Source: Myxococcota bacterium (GTDB lineage Bacteria > Myxococcota > XYA12-FULL-58-9 > JALHOP01). Taken from it: a stretch of 64,000 nt of DNA. Below the pieces are notes generated by a model. The model saw only the letters and a program-made list of their open reading frames with translations, had not been told where the DNA came from and searched no databases. Positions 52,561 to 62,509 of this stretch are shown here, piece by piece; the stretch's first letter is position 1, and the number at the start of each line of letters is the position of its first letter. The translations under genes were made by a program, and so were the position numbers. The stretch is from the NCBI GenBank assembly GCA_041288095.1, contig JBGGMJ010000197.1:1-64000 (forward strand), written 5' to 3'.

Positions 52561-53724
52561 TCACTCCATCCTGAAATAGTAAAACTGGCCTTCGGTCGAT
52601 TGCAGCACGGCCCGCAGCGTGCGTGAAGCGTTTCCCACCTTGCCCGTGGCGGTCAGGCTGTACCACGTCGTGCCCGGGCGGTCGGTGAATACCTCGCGGA
52701 TGCGCTGCACGTCGATGAGGCTGTCGAGGCCGGCGGCCGAGACCAATGAAATCAATGTCTGGACGTTGAGCTGGGCCATTCCGGGGACCGGCGAGGCGGC
52801 GCGCATGTCGGCAATCGAGCGCATGAGGTTGCCAACGCCGGTGACCAGCTGCTCGGGCGGTACCGCGACACGGCGAGCCGCGAGCAGGCCGAAGAGGATG
52901 CGCTCGGGCGTCGCGGTCGACAGCTCGATGGCGGTGCCGTCCGTATAGATGGTGACGTGGTCGCGGAGCACGGCGTAGATGTGGTCGCTCACGCCGTGCA
53001 CGAGCTGCAGCTCGGAGATCGAGTCGAAGGGCGCGTTCTTCGCGCGGTAGGAGTCCTTCAAATACGAGTAGCGTCGGTCTTCGTCACCGCTGGTGCCGGT
53101 CTCGCTCTTGTCGCGGTCGACCCAGTCCGCGATAGCAGCGACGAGCTGTTGCGGGTTCTCGGCATGCGACCCGCTCTTGTCGTCGCTCTGGAAGTTGTCC
53201 TCGAGGCGTGGGTCGGAGAGGAACGACAATAGCATCGTCTGCACTTGCGCCGACGTGTTGTTGGTGACGTTCGCCAGCATGTTGAGCGAGATCTTCGAGT
53301 GCTCGCTTTTGCTACTGGCGCTGCACTCGCCGGGAAAGAAATCGTCCTTGGCCTTGCTGTCGAGGCGGGCGTCCTCGGCGTCATCGTTCTTCTTCAAGAC
53401 GGTCGACAACAAGCCGCAGGTGATCGGCACCTGCTCGAGGATCTGGCCGAGCGGCAGCTTGGTGTTCGCGTCACCGGTGAGCGCCTGCAACATCGACGAC
53501 ATGCCGGCCTCTAGGGCCCGGCCTTGGCGCAAGAGCAAGGAGCGCAGACGCAAGGCCGCCATGGCGTTGTACTCGGCCTGCAGCTCGTCGCGGGCGTTGT
53601 AAGCGAGCGTGAGATCCACAGTCGCCGAGTACTGGAACTCGACGATGACCGCGGCGAGCAGCGCGATGGTGATGAGCACCATCATGATCGCCACGCCGCG
53701 TTCCTTGCCCTTCAATCGGCGCAT
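52561..53724 (-). CDS. gspK: Minor pseudopilin K
   Basis: RG|VAIMMVL prepilin site without E5; AIADWVDRD; KNAPFDSISELQLVHGV. Confidence 0.9.
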   Translation of the reverse strand: MRRLKGKERGVAIMMVLITIALLAAVIVEFQYSATVDLTLAYNARDELQAEYNAMAALRLRSLLLRQGRALEAGMSSMLQALTGDANTKLPLGQILEQVPITCGLLSTVLKKNDDAEDARLDSKAKDDFFPGECSASSKSEHSKISLNMLANVTNNTSAQVQTMLLSFLSDPRLEDNFQSDDKSGSHAENPQQLVAAIADWVDRDKSETGTSGDEDRRYSYLKDSYRAKNAPFDSISELQLVHGVSDHIYAVLRDHVTIYTDGTAIELSTATPERILFGLLAARRVAVPPEQLVTGVGNLMRSIADMRAASPVPGMAQLNVQTLISLVSAAGLDSLIDVQRIREVFTDRPGTTWYSLTATGKVGNASRTLRAVLQSTEGQFYYFRME

Positions 53725-54398
53725 CTGGTGAACCCCGTGCCGGCGATGAGGATGGCGTTGCGCAACATGACGCGCGTCTTGGTGACGAAGACCTCGTCTT
53801 TGCCTTGCGGGTCGACGACCGTGAGCTTGATCGACACGAACATGGGCATGCGGTCGCGGTAATCCATGTTGGTGGTGTTCCACTCGTCGACCCAGCGATC
53901 TTCCTTGGAGTCGTAGAACTCGAACTCGAGCTTCTTGACGTTGGGCGCGAGCACTTGCTCGACGCCGCCTTCACGCGGCTCGTTGTCGACGCGAGGTTGC
54001 GAGCGGCGGATGAGCGCCATGTTCTTCTTATCGTCGGGATTGTCGTCGACGTAGTAGGAGAGCTCCTCTTCGTCGGACTCGTTGGCGTCGGCGCGCACCT
54101 TGTAGTGCGAGAAGGCGGTGAAATCGAGGCGCATGCCCCCGGACGCGTTGGCGGAGGCGAAGATCGACCGCGTTCGCGGATCTTCGCAATCGCGGTGCGC
54201 GGTCACGTAGGCCATCTCGATCTCGCGCGACATGCGCAACATCGCCTGACGGACGCCGTGATAGTGCGTTGTGATCTGCTCGGCGCGCTCGCGACCGTCC
54301 ATCGAGCGGCCGACGACTCCGAAGGTCAGCATGCCGATGAAGCCGAGAATGCCGACGGCGATCATGATCTCGAAGAGAGTGAAGCCGCGCTGCCTCAT
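53712..54398 (-). CDS. gspJ: Minor pseudopilin J
   Basis: RG|FTLFEIMIA; C-terminal FEFYD...WVDEW...P. Confidence 0.88.
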   Translation of the reverse strand: MRQRGFTLFEIMIAVGILGFIGMLTFGVVGRSMDGRERAEQITTHYHGVRQAMLRMSREIEMAYVTAHRDCEDPRTRSIFASANASGGMRLDFTAFSHYKVRADANESDEEELSYYVDDNPDDKKNMALIRRSQPRVDNEPREGGVEQVLAPNVKKLEFEFYDSKEDRWVDEWNTTNMDYRDRMPMFVSIKLTVVDPQGKDEVFVTKTRVMLRNAILIAGTGFTRCAD

Positions 54399-55048
54399 TT
54401 GACCGTGCCCGTGCCGGTCTGCGGCGTCGTCCCGCCGCTGCCGGTACCAGTGCCGGTGCCGGTACCAGGAAGCCCCGGCACGGCTTGGCCGGGGAGCTGG
54501 CCGGGTATCACGTTCATGTCCTCGCGCGTGACCAAGGTGCGCAGCTCGACCTTTTCGCCCGCGCCCTTCGGCCCGTTACCCGGCATGGTCACGGTGAGGT
54601 CGACCAAGCGCAGCGACTGACCGATGCCGCTAGCGAGCTGCTCGAGCGGACCACCGAGGGCGCTCGTCATGCGCTCACAGGCGCTGCCGTCGCCGCCGCC
54701 GGTCCCCTCTTCCTTGTCGGCGCCGTAACCCTCGCATAGGCCCTTGATGAGCGAGAGGTCGAGCTCGACTTCGCTCACCTTGTATTTCCATTTGACGTTC
54801 TCGTGGCCCTCCTCGCCAAAGTCGCCGTCTTCGTCGAGGTCGCCGGCGGTGAAGCCCTCGTCGACGAGACGCTTCTCGATGTCGATCATCTTGGCGCGCG
54901 CGAGCAGCGTCGCCGTGGTGATATCACGCGAGCGCGAGGCGGCGGCCATGGATGCGGACTGAGAGGTCAGGAGCACCGTGAGGCTCATCGCGAGGATGAG
55001 GACGGCGATGAGAACTTCGAGCAGCGTAAAGCCACGTTGAGCCTTCAT
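54395..55048 (-). CDS. gspI: Minor pseudopilin I
   Basis: RG|FTLLEVLIA; operon position. Confidence 0.85.
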   Translation of the reverse strand: MKAQRGFTLLEVLIAVLILAMSLTVLLTSQSASMAAASRSRDITTATLLARAKMIDIEKRLVDEGFTAGDLDEDGDFGEEGHENVKWKYKVSEVELDLSLIKGLCEGYGADKEEGTGGGDGSACERMTSALGGPLEQLASGIGQSLRLVDLTVTMPGNGPKGAGEKVELRTLVTREDMNVIPGQLPGQAVPGLPGTGTGTGTGSGGTTPQTGTGTVK

Positions 55049-55845
55049 GGGGCCTCCACGTAGCCGTCGGTGATGGTCGGCTTGCCGGTGAGAGGCGCGA
55101 GGCGAATGCTGATGACGCGCTTGTCGTCGTCGTTCGTCTGCAGATGGACGATGGCGTCCTGCGTGTAGCCGTTGGGGAAGAAGTAGATGTAGGCCTCGCC
55201 GGCGTCGACCGGCTTGTCCATGCCTTCCGTCCAGATGCTGAGGAGGCGCACGTCGAGATCCACATCGACCGTTTTAGCGGCCTCCTTGAAACCGGTGTCC
55301 TCGCCCTCCTCTTCCTCATCGTCGTCGTCACGGCTGTTGGCGCGCGCGCCGTCGCGACCACCGGTGCCGAGCACCTTGTCGATGGCGCTCGCGGCGGGCC
55401 CGTCCAGGGCCGCGAAGCCTGCCTTCGCGTCCACGCCGCCGGTCGGCGCGTTCATCGTGGCGAACTCGTCCCACGAGAGTGAACCGCCACCAGAGCCGGC
55501 GAGCGCGCGCGACAACGTCGAGGTCTCGGGATCGAAGACCAGCATCTCGGGCGATGCTTCGACGCGAATCGCCTGTTTGTCGTTCTTCTTGGGATCCCCG
55601 ATGGCGAACACGAGCCGATAGGTCTGCCCGGACAAGGCGGCGCTGTCGTAGGCGGCGCGCATGGTCGAGGCGACGACGCCGGATTGCTTGCGCAGCTCGG
55701 CGCGTGTCGTGTTGTCGGCGGCGACCGCCACGACTCCCACCACCATGCCCACGATGGCCACGGTGATGACCATTTCCACCAGGGTGAAGCCGCGCCCGGC
55801 GTTGCGTCCACTTTCGCGGACATTATGCGCCGGGCAGTGCTTCAT
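55045..55845 (-). CDS. gspH: Minor pseudopilin H
   Basis: RG|FTLVEMVIT; YFFPNG...PLTG. Confidence 0.85.
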   Translation of the reverse strand: MKHCPAHNVRESGRNAGRGFTLVEMVITVAIVGMVVGVVAVAADNTTRAELRKQSGVVASTMRAAYDSAALSGQTYRLVFAIGDPKKNDKQAIRVEASPEMLVFDPETSTLSRALAGSGGGSLSWDEFATMNAPTGGVDAKAGFAALDGPAASAIDKVLGTGGRDGARANSRDDDDEEEEGEDTGFKEAAKTVDVDLDVRLLSIWTEGMDKPVDAGEAYIYFFPNGYTQDAIVHLQTNDDDKRVISIRLAPLTGKPTITDGYVEAP

Positions 55846-56285
55846 TGCGCTTTATCGGTCTGGCCGTGGACGATGTCGTCGTTGCCCTGCGCGCCGTCGG
55901 GTCCGTAGCTGTAAAGGTCGAAGCCGCGCGAGTTGTTCTGACCGGGGTAGATGTAGACGTAGTCCTTGCCCCAAGGATCTTGCGGCACGGTCGCCATTAC
56001 CGCCGAGCCGCCGTCCTTTGGCGCCGCGAGCGCCTGCAGACCCTCGGCGGTCGACGGGTACTGGCGGTAGCTCAGCTTGTACATGTCGAGCGCGTTGGCG
56101 ATCTGCGCCATCTGCGTGGCAGCGGTCTTCTGCTGCGCCTTGGTCAGCTGACCGAAGACGGCGACGCCGACAACGCTGGTGACGAGACCGATGATCACGA
56201 CGACGACCATGATCTCGACGAGGGTCATACCGCGCTCGGATTCGCGGATGACTCGGGTAAGCTTCAATTCGGTATTCTCACGCAT
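55842..56285 (-). CDS. gspG: Major pseudopilin G
   Basis: RG|MTLVEIMVV, YPSTAEGLQAL, DPWG, SYGPDG...DDI. Confidence 0.95.
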   Translation of the reverse strand: MRENTELKLTRVIRESERGMTLVEIMVVVVIIGLVTSVVGVAVFGQLTKAQQKTAATQMAQIANALDMYKLSYRQYPSTAEGLQALAAPKDGGSAVMATVPQDPWGKDYVYIYPGQNNSRGFDLYSYGPDGAQGNDDIVHGQTDKAQ

Positions 56286-56314
56286 GACGAAGACTCCGTC
56301 CGGGCTAAGCCGGA

Positions 56315-57553
56315 TCACTTGGCAAAGGACGCTAGCTGCAACATCGGTAGCAAAATCGAGAAGACGATGAACGCCACCACACCGCCCATGAGGACGATGA
56401 TCATCGGCTCCATGATGCTCACCATCGCGCGCAAACGAGAGTCGACCTGCACCTCGTAAGCTTTGGCGATATTGCCGAGCATCTCCTCGAGCGTGCCCGA
56501 CTTCTCGCCGATGGCGATCATGTGGGTGACGATTGGCGGGAATTCCCCGGACCGCTTGAGCGGAGCGGCGATGCTGTCGCCCTCTTTCACCGCGTCGCGC
56601 GCGACTTCGATGACGTCCAGGAGCACCTTGTTCTGCAAGACGTTCTTGACGATGTCGAACGCGGTGAGCAACGGGACGCCGGAGCCGAGCAACGTCGACA
56701 AGGTCTTGCTGAAACGCACGATGGCAACCATGCGCACGAGCGGACCGAAGAGCGGTGCTTTGAGAATGAAGCGATCCCACTTGGGTCTCCCCTTGCCGCG
56801 AAAATAACGCGTGAGCCCCATGCAGGTGACGATGAATAGAGGAACGATGATGAAGGCGTAGTCGCGCGCGATGGTGGCGGAGCCAATGAGGATCTGGGTC
56901 GGCAGCGGCAGCGACACCTTCTGCGATTCGAAGATCTTCGAGACACGCGGAATGACCACGGTGAACAGCATGGCGATCACGCCAACCGCCATCAGCAACA
57001 TGATCAGCGGATAGACCATGCTGCCGATGAGCTTCGAGCGCAGCTCCGCCTGCGACTCCGTGAAGTCCGCGAGGCGCGACAATACGATGTCGAGCGCACC
57101 CGAGGTTTCACCGGCGCGTACGAGGTTGACGTAGAGGCCCGAGAAGATCCGCGGATGCGCGGCCAACGCGTCACCGATGCCGATACCTTCGTTGACCTTT
57201 TGTTTGACGTCCGCCCAAACGGATCGGAAGTGCTCGCTGTCGAGCTGATCGATCAATGCGTTCAAGGCCTCGACGAGCGGGATGCCCGCGCCGATGAGCG
57301 TCGAAAGCTGGCGTGTCGCGACCGCGAGCTCCTGCGAGCTGACGCGCTCCTGCAGCCGTCGCAGCAAGGCCGAGCTGCTGCTACTCGGTTTTGCGCCCTT
57401 GGCTCCGGCCTTGTTTCCGGTCTCGCGCAGCTCGGTGACGAAGATGCCTTCGCGACGCAACAGCGCCTTCACGGCGCGCTCGTTCTCCGCCTCGCGCGTG
57501 TTCGCGACCGACTTACCGACGGTCGTGTAACCCTTGTAGGCAAAGACGGGCAT
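56315..57553 (-). CDS. gspF: T2SS inner-membrane platform protein F
   Basis: TRQLSTLIGAGIPL, AGETSGAL, YP, GEKSGTL, EP. Confidence 0.95.
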   Translation of the reverse strand: MPVFAYKGYTTVGKSVANTREAENERAVKALLRREGIFVTELRETGNKAGAKGAKPSSSSSALLRRLQERVSSQELAVATRQLSTLIGAGIPLVEALNALIDQLDSEHFRSVWADVKQKVNEGIGIGDALAAHPRIFSGLYVNLVRAGETSGALDIVLSRLADFTESQAELRSKLIGSMVYPLIMLLMAVGVIAMLFTVVIPRVSKIFESQKVSLPLPTQILIGSATIARDYAFIIVPLFIVTCMGLTRYFRGKGRPKWDRFILKAPLFGPLVRMVAIVRFSKTLSTLLGSGVPLLTAFDIVKNVLQNKVLLDVIEVARDAVKEGDSIAAPLKRSGEFPPIVTHMIAIGEKSGTLEEMLGNIAKAYEVQVDSRLRAMVSIMEPMIIVLMGGVVAFIVFSILLPMLQLASFAK

Positions 57554-59313
57554 TAGGCGCTGTCCTCACCCGTGACGCGTAGAACCTCCGCCGACGAGGT
57601 CATGCCGACGAGCACCTTGCGCGCTCCGTCTTCGCGGAGGGTACGCATGCCTTGGGTCATCGCCTTCTTCTTGATGCTGTTGGCGTCGACGTTTTGCAGA
57701 ATCAGCTGACGAACTTCATCGGTGGGCAGCATGAGCTCGTAGATGCCGATGCGGCTGCGATAGCCGGTGTTCAAGCAGTTCGGACAACCTTTGCCGCGCC
57801 AGAACTTCGGATGCGCGCCGACGACGTCGACGGCGAGGCCGAGCTCTTTGACCTCTTCAGCGGACGCCTCGTAAGGCTCCTTGCATTGTGGGCAAAGCGT
57901 GCGGACGAGACGTTGCGCCAGGATGCCGATGACCGACGATGCAACGAGGAAGGGCTCGACGCCCATGTCGACGAGACGCGTGATGGCGCCCGGGGCGTCG
58001 TTGGTGTGGATGGTCGAGAGCACCAAGTGGCCGGTTAGAGCGGCCTGGATGGCGATCTCGGCGGTTTCGAGGTCACGAATTTCGCCGACCATGATGACGT
58101 CGGGATCGTGACGCAAGAACGAGCGCAGCCCGGAGGCGAAGGTGAGATTGATCTTCGGATTCACCTGCGTCTGCGACACGCCGTTGAGCTGATACTCGAC
58201 CGGGTCCTCGACGGTGAGGATGTTCAGATCGGGTGAGTTGATGGACGAGAGGGCCGCGTACAGCGTCGTCGTTTTGCCCGAGCCCGTCGGGCCGGTGACC
58301 AGGATGATGCCGTGCGACTTGTTGATGAGCCCGTTCATCGTCGCGTAGTTGTCGGGCGAGAAGCCGAGGTCCTGCAGATTCAGCAAGATGTTCGAGCGGT
58401 CGAGCAAACGCATGGTGATGCGCTCGCCATACGACGTCGGCACGGTGGCGACGCGAATGTCGATGTCCTTGCCGGCGATCTTGATGCGAATGCGGCCGTC
58501 TTGCGGCAGACGCTTCTCGGCGATGTTCAAGCCCGCCTGCACCTTGATGCGGCTGACGATGGGCGCGTGCAGCTTCTTCGGCGGCCGGATCTTCTCGTAG
58601 AGGATGCCGTCGATGCGAAAGCGCACGACGATGTCTTTCTCGGTAGGCTCGATGTGAATATCGGAAGCGTGCTCTTTGACGGACTGGGAGATCAGCGAGT
58701 TGACGAGCTTGATGATCGGCGCTTCGTCCTCGGAGTCGAGGAGGTCGACCGCTTCTTCGATGTCGTGCGCGAACCCCTGGAGCTCGTCGTCTTCCTCGAT
58801 CTGCTCCATGGCGGCGGTCGCGTGCGCCGTGCCGCGGTCGTAGGCGAAGTTGATGGCCTCGAGAATGGAGTTGCTCGGCGCCAGCACCACGTCGAGCGGC
58901 GCGTGCACGAGAACGGCGAGATCATCGAGCGCGGCGATGGCGAGAGGATCCGCCGTGGCGACACGCACCAAGCCCGCCTCGCCGGCGCCGAGCGGCACCA
59001 CCTTGAACTGCTTGGCGAAGTTGATCGGCACCGCGTTGATCAGCTCGTCTGGAATGGCCTTGTGATCGATCTTGTCGATGAGGTTGAAGCCAAGTTGCTC
59101 GCCCAAGGCCTCGAGGAGCTGCTGCTCGGTGATGGTGCGCTGGCCCAGGAGGATCTCGCCGAAACGGCCGCCCTTGTCGCGTTGCGTTTCCAAGGTCTCC
59201 GCTAAAACGGCTGCGTCGATGACCCCGCGGCGCATCAGGATCTCGCCGATCCGCGGCGCCGAGAGTTGATACCCCGGCGTCGTGGCTTCCATCGCTTCAA
59301 TCCCGGCTGCCAT
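57553..59313 (-). CDS. gspE: T2SS ATPase E
   Basis: ASDIHIEP, EKRLPQDGR, GPTGSGKTT, EDPVEY, LRHDPDVIMVGEIRD and a Cys4 motif. Confidence 0.96.
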   Translation of the reverse strand: MAAGIEAMEATTPGYQLSAPRIGEILMRRGVIDAAVLAETLETQRDKGGRFGEILLGQRTITEQQLLEALGEQLGFNLIDKIDHKAIPDELINAVPINFAKQFKVVPLGAGEAGLVRVATADPLAIAALDDLAVLVHAPLDVVLAPSNSILEAINFAYDRGTAHATAAMEQIEEDDELQGFAHDIEEAVDLLDSEDEAPIIKLVNSLISQSVKEHASDIHIEPTEKDIVVRFRIDGILYEKIRPPKKLHAPIVSRIKVQAGLNIAEKRLPQDGRIRIKIAGKDIDIRVATVPTSYGERITMRLLDRSNILLNLQDLGFSPDNYATMNGLINKSHGIILVTGPTGSGKTTTLYAALSSINSPDLNILTVEDPVEYQLNGVSQTQVNPKINLTFASGLRSFLRHDPDVIMVGEIRDLETAEIAIQAALTGHLVLSTIHTNDAPGAITRLVDMGVEPFLVASSVIGILAQRLVRTLCPQCKEPYEASAEEVKELGLAVDVVGAHPKFWRGKGCPNCLNTGYRSRIGIYELMLPTDEVRQLILQNVDANSIKKKAMTQGMRTLREDGARKVLVGMTSSAEVLRVTGEDSA

Positions 59314-59316
59314 GCG

Positions 59317-62013
59317 CTACTCCTGAATCGGCGGTGCGTCGTCCACGGGCGAGTCGTCCTGCATCCGCACCGGCGCCGTCTTGCGGCCGCCATCCGGGTC
59401 GAGGAGGTTCTCACCGCGCGGCAACGGGTCTTCGCCCGGCGATACCGTGCCCGGCGCGCCCTTGGGCTTGATCACCATGTCGCCATCTTCGGTCTGACCG
59501 TTCTGCGCGCGCTCTTTTGCCTTGGCGATCGACTTGGCGAGCCGCGCCAGCGGACCGGTCTTCTTGCGGTAGTCGATGTATGCCCGGTACTTGGGGGTCG
59601 CTCCGTAGTACTCCGCCGCGAACTCCTCGTACTCGCGCACCTTGCGCTCGAGGATGCTCTGGAAGTCGTCGGCGCTGCGCACGATGTAAGGCGTCAGCAC
59701 GAGGATGAGGTTGATCTTCTGCGTCGACGTCGTCTTCGACTTGAAGAGCCAGCCGAGCACGGGGATGTCGCCGAGAATCGGAATCTTGTTCTCGCCCTGC
59801 GTGGTGTTGTCACGCATCAAGCCGCCGATGACGATGGTCTGCTGATCGTCGACGACGACGACGGTCTTGGCCTGGCGCTTCGACGTGATTGGCGTCGAGG
59901 TCGCCGGGTCGGTACCCGCGACGTCTTCGATATCTTGATCGATCTCCAAGCGGATGCGGTCGCTCTCGTTGATCTGTGGCGTCACCGTGAGCTTCAAGGT
60001 GACGTCGATACGATCGACGCTGGAGAACAGCGAGCTCGCGCCACCGAGAGCGCCCAAGGCACCCGCGGCGCCCGCCGCCCCCCCCGCACCCGCGCCGCCC
60101 AGTCCCGCAACCCCGAGAGCCGGCAACGAGGTACCACGCCGGAACGGAATTTTGCGGCCGACCTCGATGGACGCTTCTTCGTTGTCCATCGTGAGAATGT
60201 GGGGCGTCGAGAGGATCTGCACGTTCGACTGCGTCTGCAGCGCTTTGAGGACGATGCCGAAGCTCGGCAAGGTCACCGAGTTGTCGCCTACCGGGATGGT
60301 GACCGCCTTGCCGACGAGGCCGACGATCGAGCCGTTGGCGATGGAGAGCAGCGAGGCGGGATTCGAGAGGTCGGTGAGGGTCGGCGAGATCTGGCCGGCG
60401 CCGGGGTTTTGAAAGAAGCCGAGTGAGCCCGGGCCGCCGACACCGCCGGGGAGGTCATCGGCGCCGAAACGCGTCGGCACGTGCCACTGGGTGCCGTAGT
60501 TTCCGGTGTTGTCGACGCTGACCTCCATGATGGCGGCCTCGACGTAGACTTGGCGCCGCGGGATATCGAGCTGCTCGATGATCTTGCGCAGCGAGCGGAA
60601 GTCGCGCCCTGACGCCAAGACGAGCAGCGAGTTGGTCGCCTTGTCGGCCGTGATCTTGATGTCACCCTCGAAGAGCGAGGCGGTCTCGGCGCCCTGGCGC
60701 TGGCCGGGTGCGTTACCGCCCGCGGGCGCGGCGGGATTGTTCGGCTGGCCACGGCGATTGGTTTGGCTGCCGGCGGCGCCACCAGCGTTGGGCTGACCCT
60801 GCGCTAAAGCGGACAACGTCGACGAGAGCTCCTCGGAGGAAGCGTTCTCGAGGTAGTAGACGTGAACGCGGCCTTGTTCGACGTCCGAGACCGGGATGTC
60901 GAGCTTCGCGATCAGGCGGCGGATGGCGTCGAAGCTGCGCTTGTTGGCCTTGATGATGATCTGGTTGGTGCGGTCGTCGGGCACGATCTTCGAGATCTGC
61001 ACGTCGGAGTCGTTGTCGCCGCCGGTGGCTTGTTGATTGCCGCCCTCGGGATTGTTCGGCCGTGGCGGCACGACGCCGCCGGTGGGACGGGGCTGATTAC
61101 CGCCGCCGCCTCGACCCTGAACTTCGAAGATCTGGGTGATCTTGTCCGCTACTTCGGACGCGGTGGCGTATTCGATGTCGACGATCTGCAGCTCGTCCTG
61201 GAAGCCGGGAACGTCGAGCGAGTCGATGATGCGGCGAACGCGCTGCAGATTGCGGGCGTAGTCGCTGATGATCACCGCGTTCGACGGCTGGAAGAGCTGG
61301 ATGTCGCCATCCTTGCCGATGAGCGATTTGAGCACGTTGTTGAGCTGCGTGCCGTCGACGTAGTTGAGCCGGATCATCACGGTGATCATCTGGTCGCTGT
61401 TCTGCGGACAATTGTCGTCCTCGCCGATGCACGTCGGGATGGGCGACTTGATGGCCTCCTTCGACTCGACCAACTTGTAGAACTTGCCGGCGCGCACGAC
61501 CGTGATGCCGTTCGACTCGAGCGCCGCGAGGAACACCGAGTAGGCCTCCCCCGCCGTAATCTGGCCGGGCGACAGGATGGTGATCTTCTGGCTCTTCACC
61601 TTCTCCGGAATGATGAAGTTGCGCTGGGTGAGGTTCGAGATGGCCTTCACCACGTCCATGAGATCGGCCTTCGAGAACTCGAAGTTGAACTTGCCGGTCT
61701 TCAGGCGCTCGGCGACGTCGACCTCGGACTCCTTCTTGGCCTGCTGGCGCGTGCTGCTCGGGGTGGCGGCTCCGGACGGCGCCACGGTGGGAGCAGGAGG
61801 CGTGACGGGCGGCGGTGGCGCGGCCGGCTCGGCGATGGCGTCCTCGGCGTTGCCGGCACTCGGGTCGGGGGTGGGCGCCGGCTCGTTCCGCGAGGTGCCA
61901 CGCGGCAAACCTCGAGGTCCACCCAGCGGCAGGTTGCGAGGTAAATTGCGCGGGCGCACGACTTCGTCGGGTTGCTGCGCGAGGATGAGGACTGGAAGCA
62001 AGAGGGCGAGCAC
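59317..62013 (-). CDS. gspD: T2SS secretin D
   Basis: N0-N3 domains, QVYVEAAIMEV, ILSTPHILTMDNEEA, VIGGLM, KIPILGDIPVLGWLF. Confidence 0.95.
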   Translation of the reverse strand: MLALLLPVLILAQQPDEVVRPRNLPRNLPLGGPRGLPRGTSRNEPAPTPDPSAGNAEDAIAEPAAPPPPVTPPAPTVAPSGAATPSSTRQQAKKESEVDVAERLKTGKFNFEFSKADLMDVVKAISNLTQRNFIIPEKVKSQKITILSPGQITAGEAYSVFLAALESNGITVVRAGKFYKLVESKEAIKSPIPTCIGEDDNCPQNSDQMITVMIRLNYVDGTQLNNVLKSLIGKDGDIQLFQPSNAVIISDYARNLQRVRRIIDSLDVPGFQDELQIVDIEYATASEVADKITQIFEVQGRGGGGNQPRPTGGVVPPRPNNPEGGNQQATGGDNDSDVQISKIVPDDRTNQIIIKANKRSFDAIRRLIAKLDIPVSDVEQGRVHVYYLENASSEELSSTLSALAQGQPNAGGAAGSQTNRRGQPNNPAAPAGGNAPGQRQGAETASLFEGDIKITADKATNSLLVLASGRDFRSLRKIIEQLDIPRRQVYVEAAIMEVSVDNTGNYGTQWHVPTRFGADDLPGGVGGPGSLGFFQNPGAGQISPTLTDLSNPASLLSIANGSIVGLVGKAVTIPVGDNSVTLPSFGIVLKALQTQSNVQILSTPHILTMDNEEASIEVGRKIPFRRGTSLPALGVAGLGGAGAGGAAGAAGALGALGGASSLFSSVDRIDVTLKLTVTPQINESDRIRLEIDQDIEDVAGTDPATSTPITSKRQAKTVVVVDDQQTIVIGGLMRDNTTQGENKIPILGDIPVLGWLFKSKTTSTQKINLILVLTPYIVRSADDFQSILERKVREYEEFAAEYYGATPKYRAYIDYRKKTGPLARLAKSIAKAKERAQNGQTEDGDMVIKPKGAPGTVSPGEDPLPRGENLLDPDGGRKTAPVRMQDDSPVDDAPPIQE

Positions 62014-62017
62014 GCTT

Positions 62018-62509
62018 TTACCTCACCGAGAGTTTGCACTGCAGAGTAGTGTCCGCTTTCGCGAACGTGATCGATTGTTTGGAGATGCGGCGGACCAAGA
62101 CGTCGCCGGCGGGGGCGCTGATGGTTTGAGCGGGCGTGACCATCTGCGAAGCATCGTCCCAGGCGATGATGGCGAACGGCGAGTCACCGCTGACGATGGC
62201 GCGAATATCCGGACAAACCAAAGTCACCGGATCGGCCGCTCGGCTATCGGTGATCGGCAATCGATCATCGGCCATCGGTGATCCGCCATCGGCGACCGGC
62301 AGTCGGCCATCGCCGTTCGGCGGCTCCGGCATCGCAACGACCGCCAACCCATACCGTCGCGGCAACGCCTCAGCCTCCGCCACGGCGGACAGCTCCCTCG
62401 GCCCCTTCTGCACCGCCGCCGCCGCCTCCGGCGCGAATGCCGAACGCATCACCGTCAAGGCAAACGGCATGGCCACGAACACCGCCGCGATGGCGAGCCC
62501 ACGGTTCAT
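62018..62509 (-). CDS. Small membrane-anchored protein between gspC and gspD
   Basis: ATGA overlap with gspC, an N-terminal TM, and a C-terminal beta domain (IRAIVSGDSPFAII...VRRISKQSITF) resembling PilP/GspC-HR. Confidence 0.65.
   Translation of the reverse strand: MNRGLAIAAVFVAMPFALTVMRSAFAPEAAAAVQKGPRELSAVAEAEALPRRYGLAVVAMPEPPNGDGRLPVADGGSPMADDRLPITDSRAADPVTLVCPDIRAIVSGDSPFAIIAWDDASQMVTPAQTISAPAGDVLVRRISKQSITFAKADTTLQCKLSVR
62237..62320. repeat. Degenerate heptanucleotide tandem repeat, 12 x nnATCGG-like units
   Basis: cgctcgg ctatcgg tgatcgg caatcga tcatcgg ccatcgg tgatccg ccatcgg cgaccgg cagtcgg ccatcgc cgttcgg. Confidence 0.85.

Noticed and set aside
54400..54510. Gly-Thr repeat tail of GspI, and Pro-rich repeats at 39440-39590 and 34440-34740
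   Set aside because: Ordinary low-complexity linkers with no regular DNA repeat unit.
55850..55860. CCGATAAAG on the minus strand, plus GCGATAAC near 13162-13169
   Set aside because: Both lie inside coding sequence (gspG, ftsK) and lack the G[GA]AAC box at the right distance, so they are not counted in the regulon.
56286..56780. Long upstream extensions of gspG, and similarly of gspK (to 53883), gspM (to 51223) and the DUF3108-like gene (to 18773)
   Set aside because: They overlap neighbouring genes. Prepilin or signal motifs and stop-start coupling define the shorter starts.
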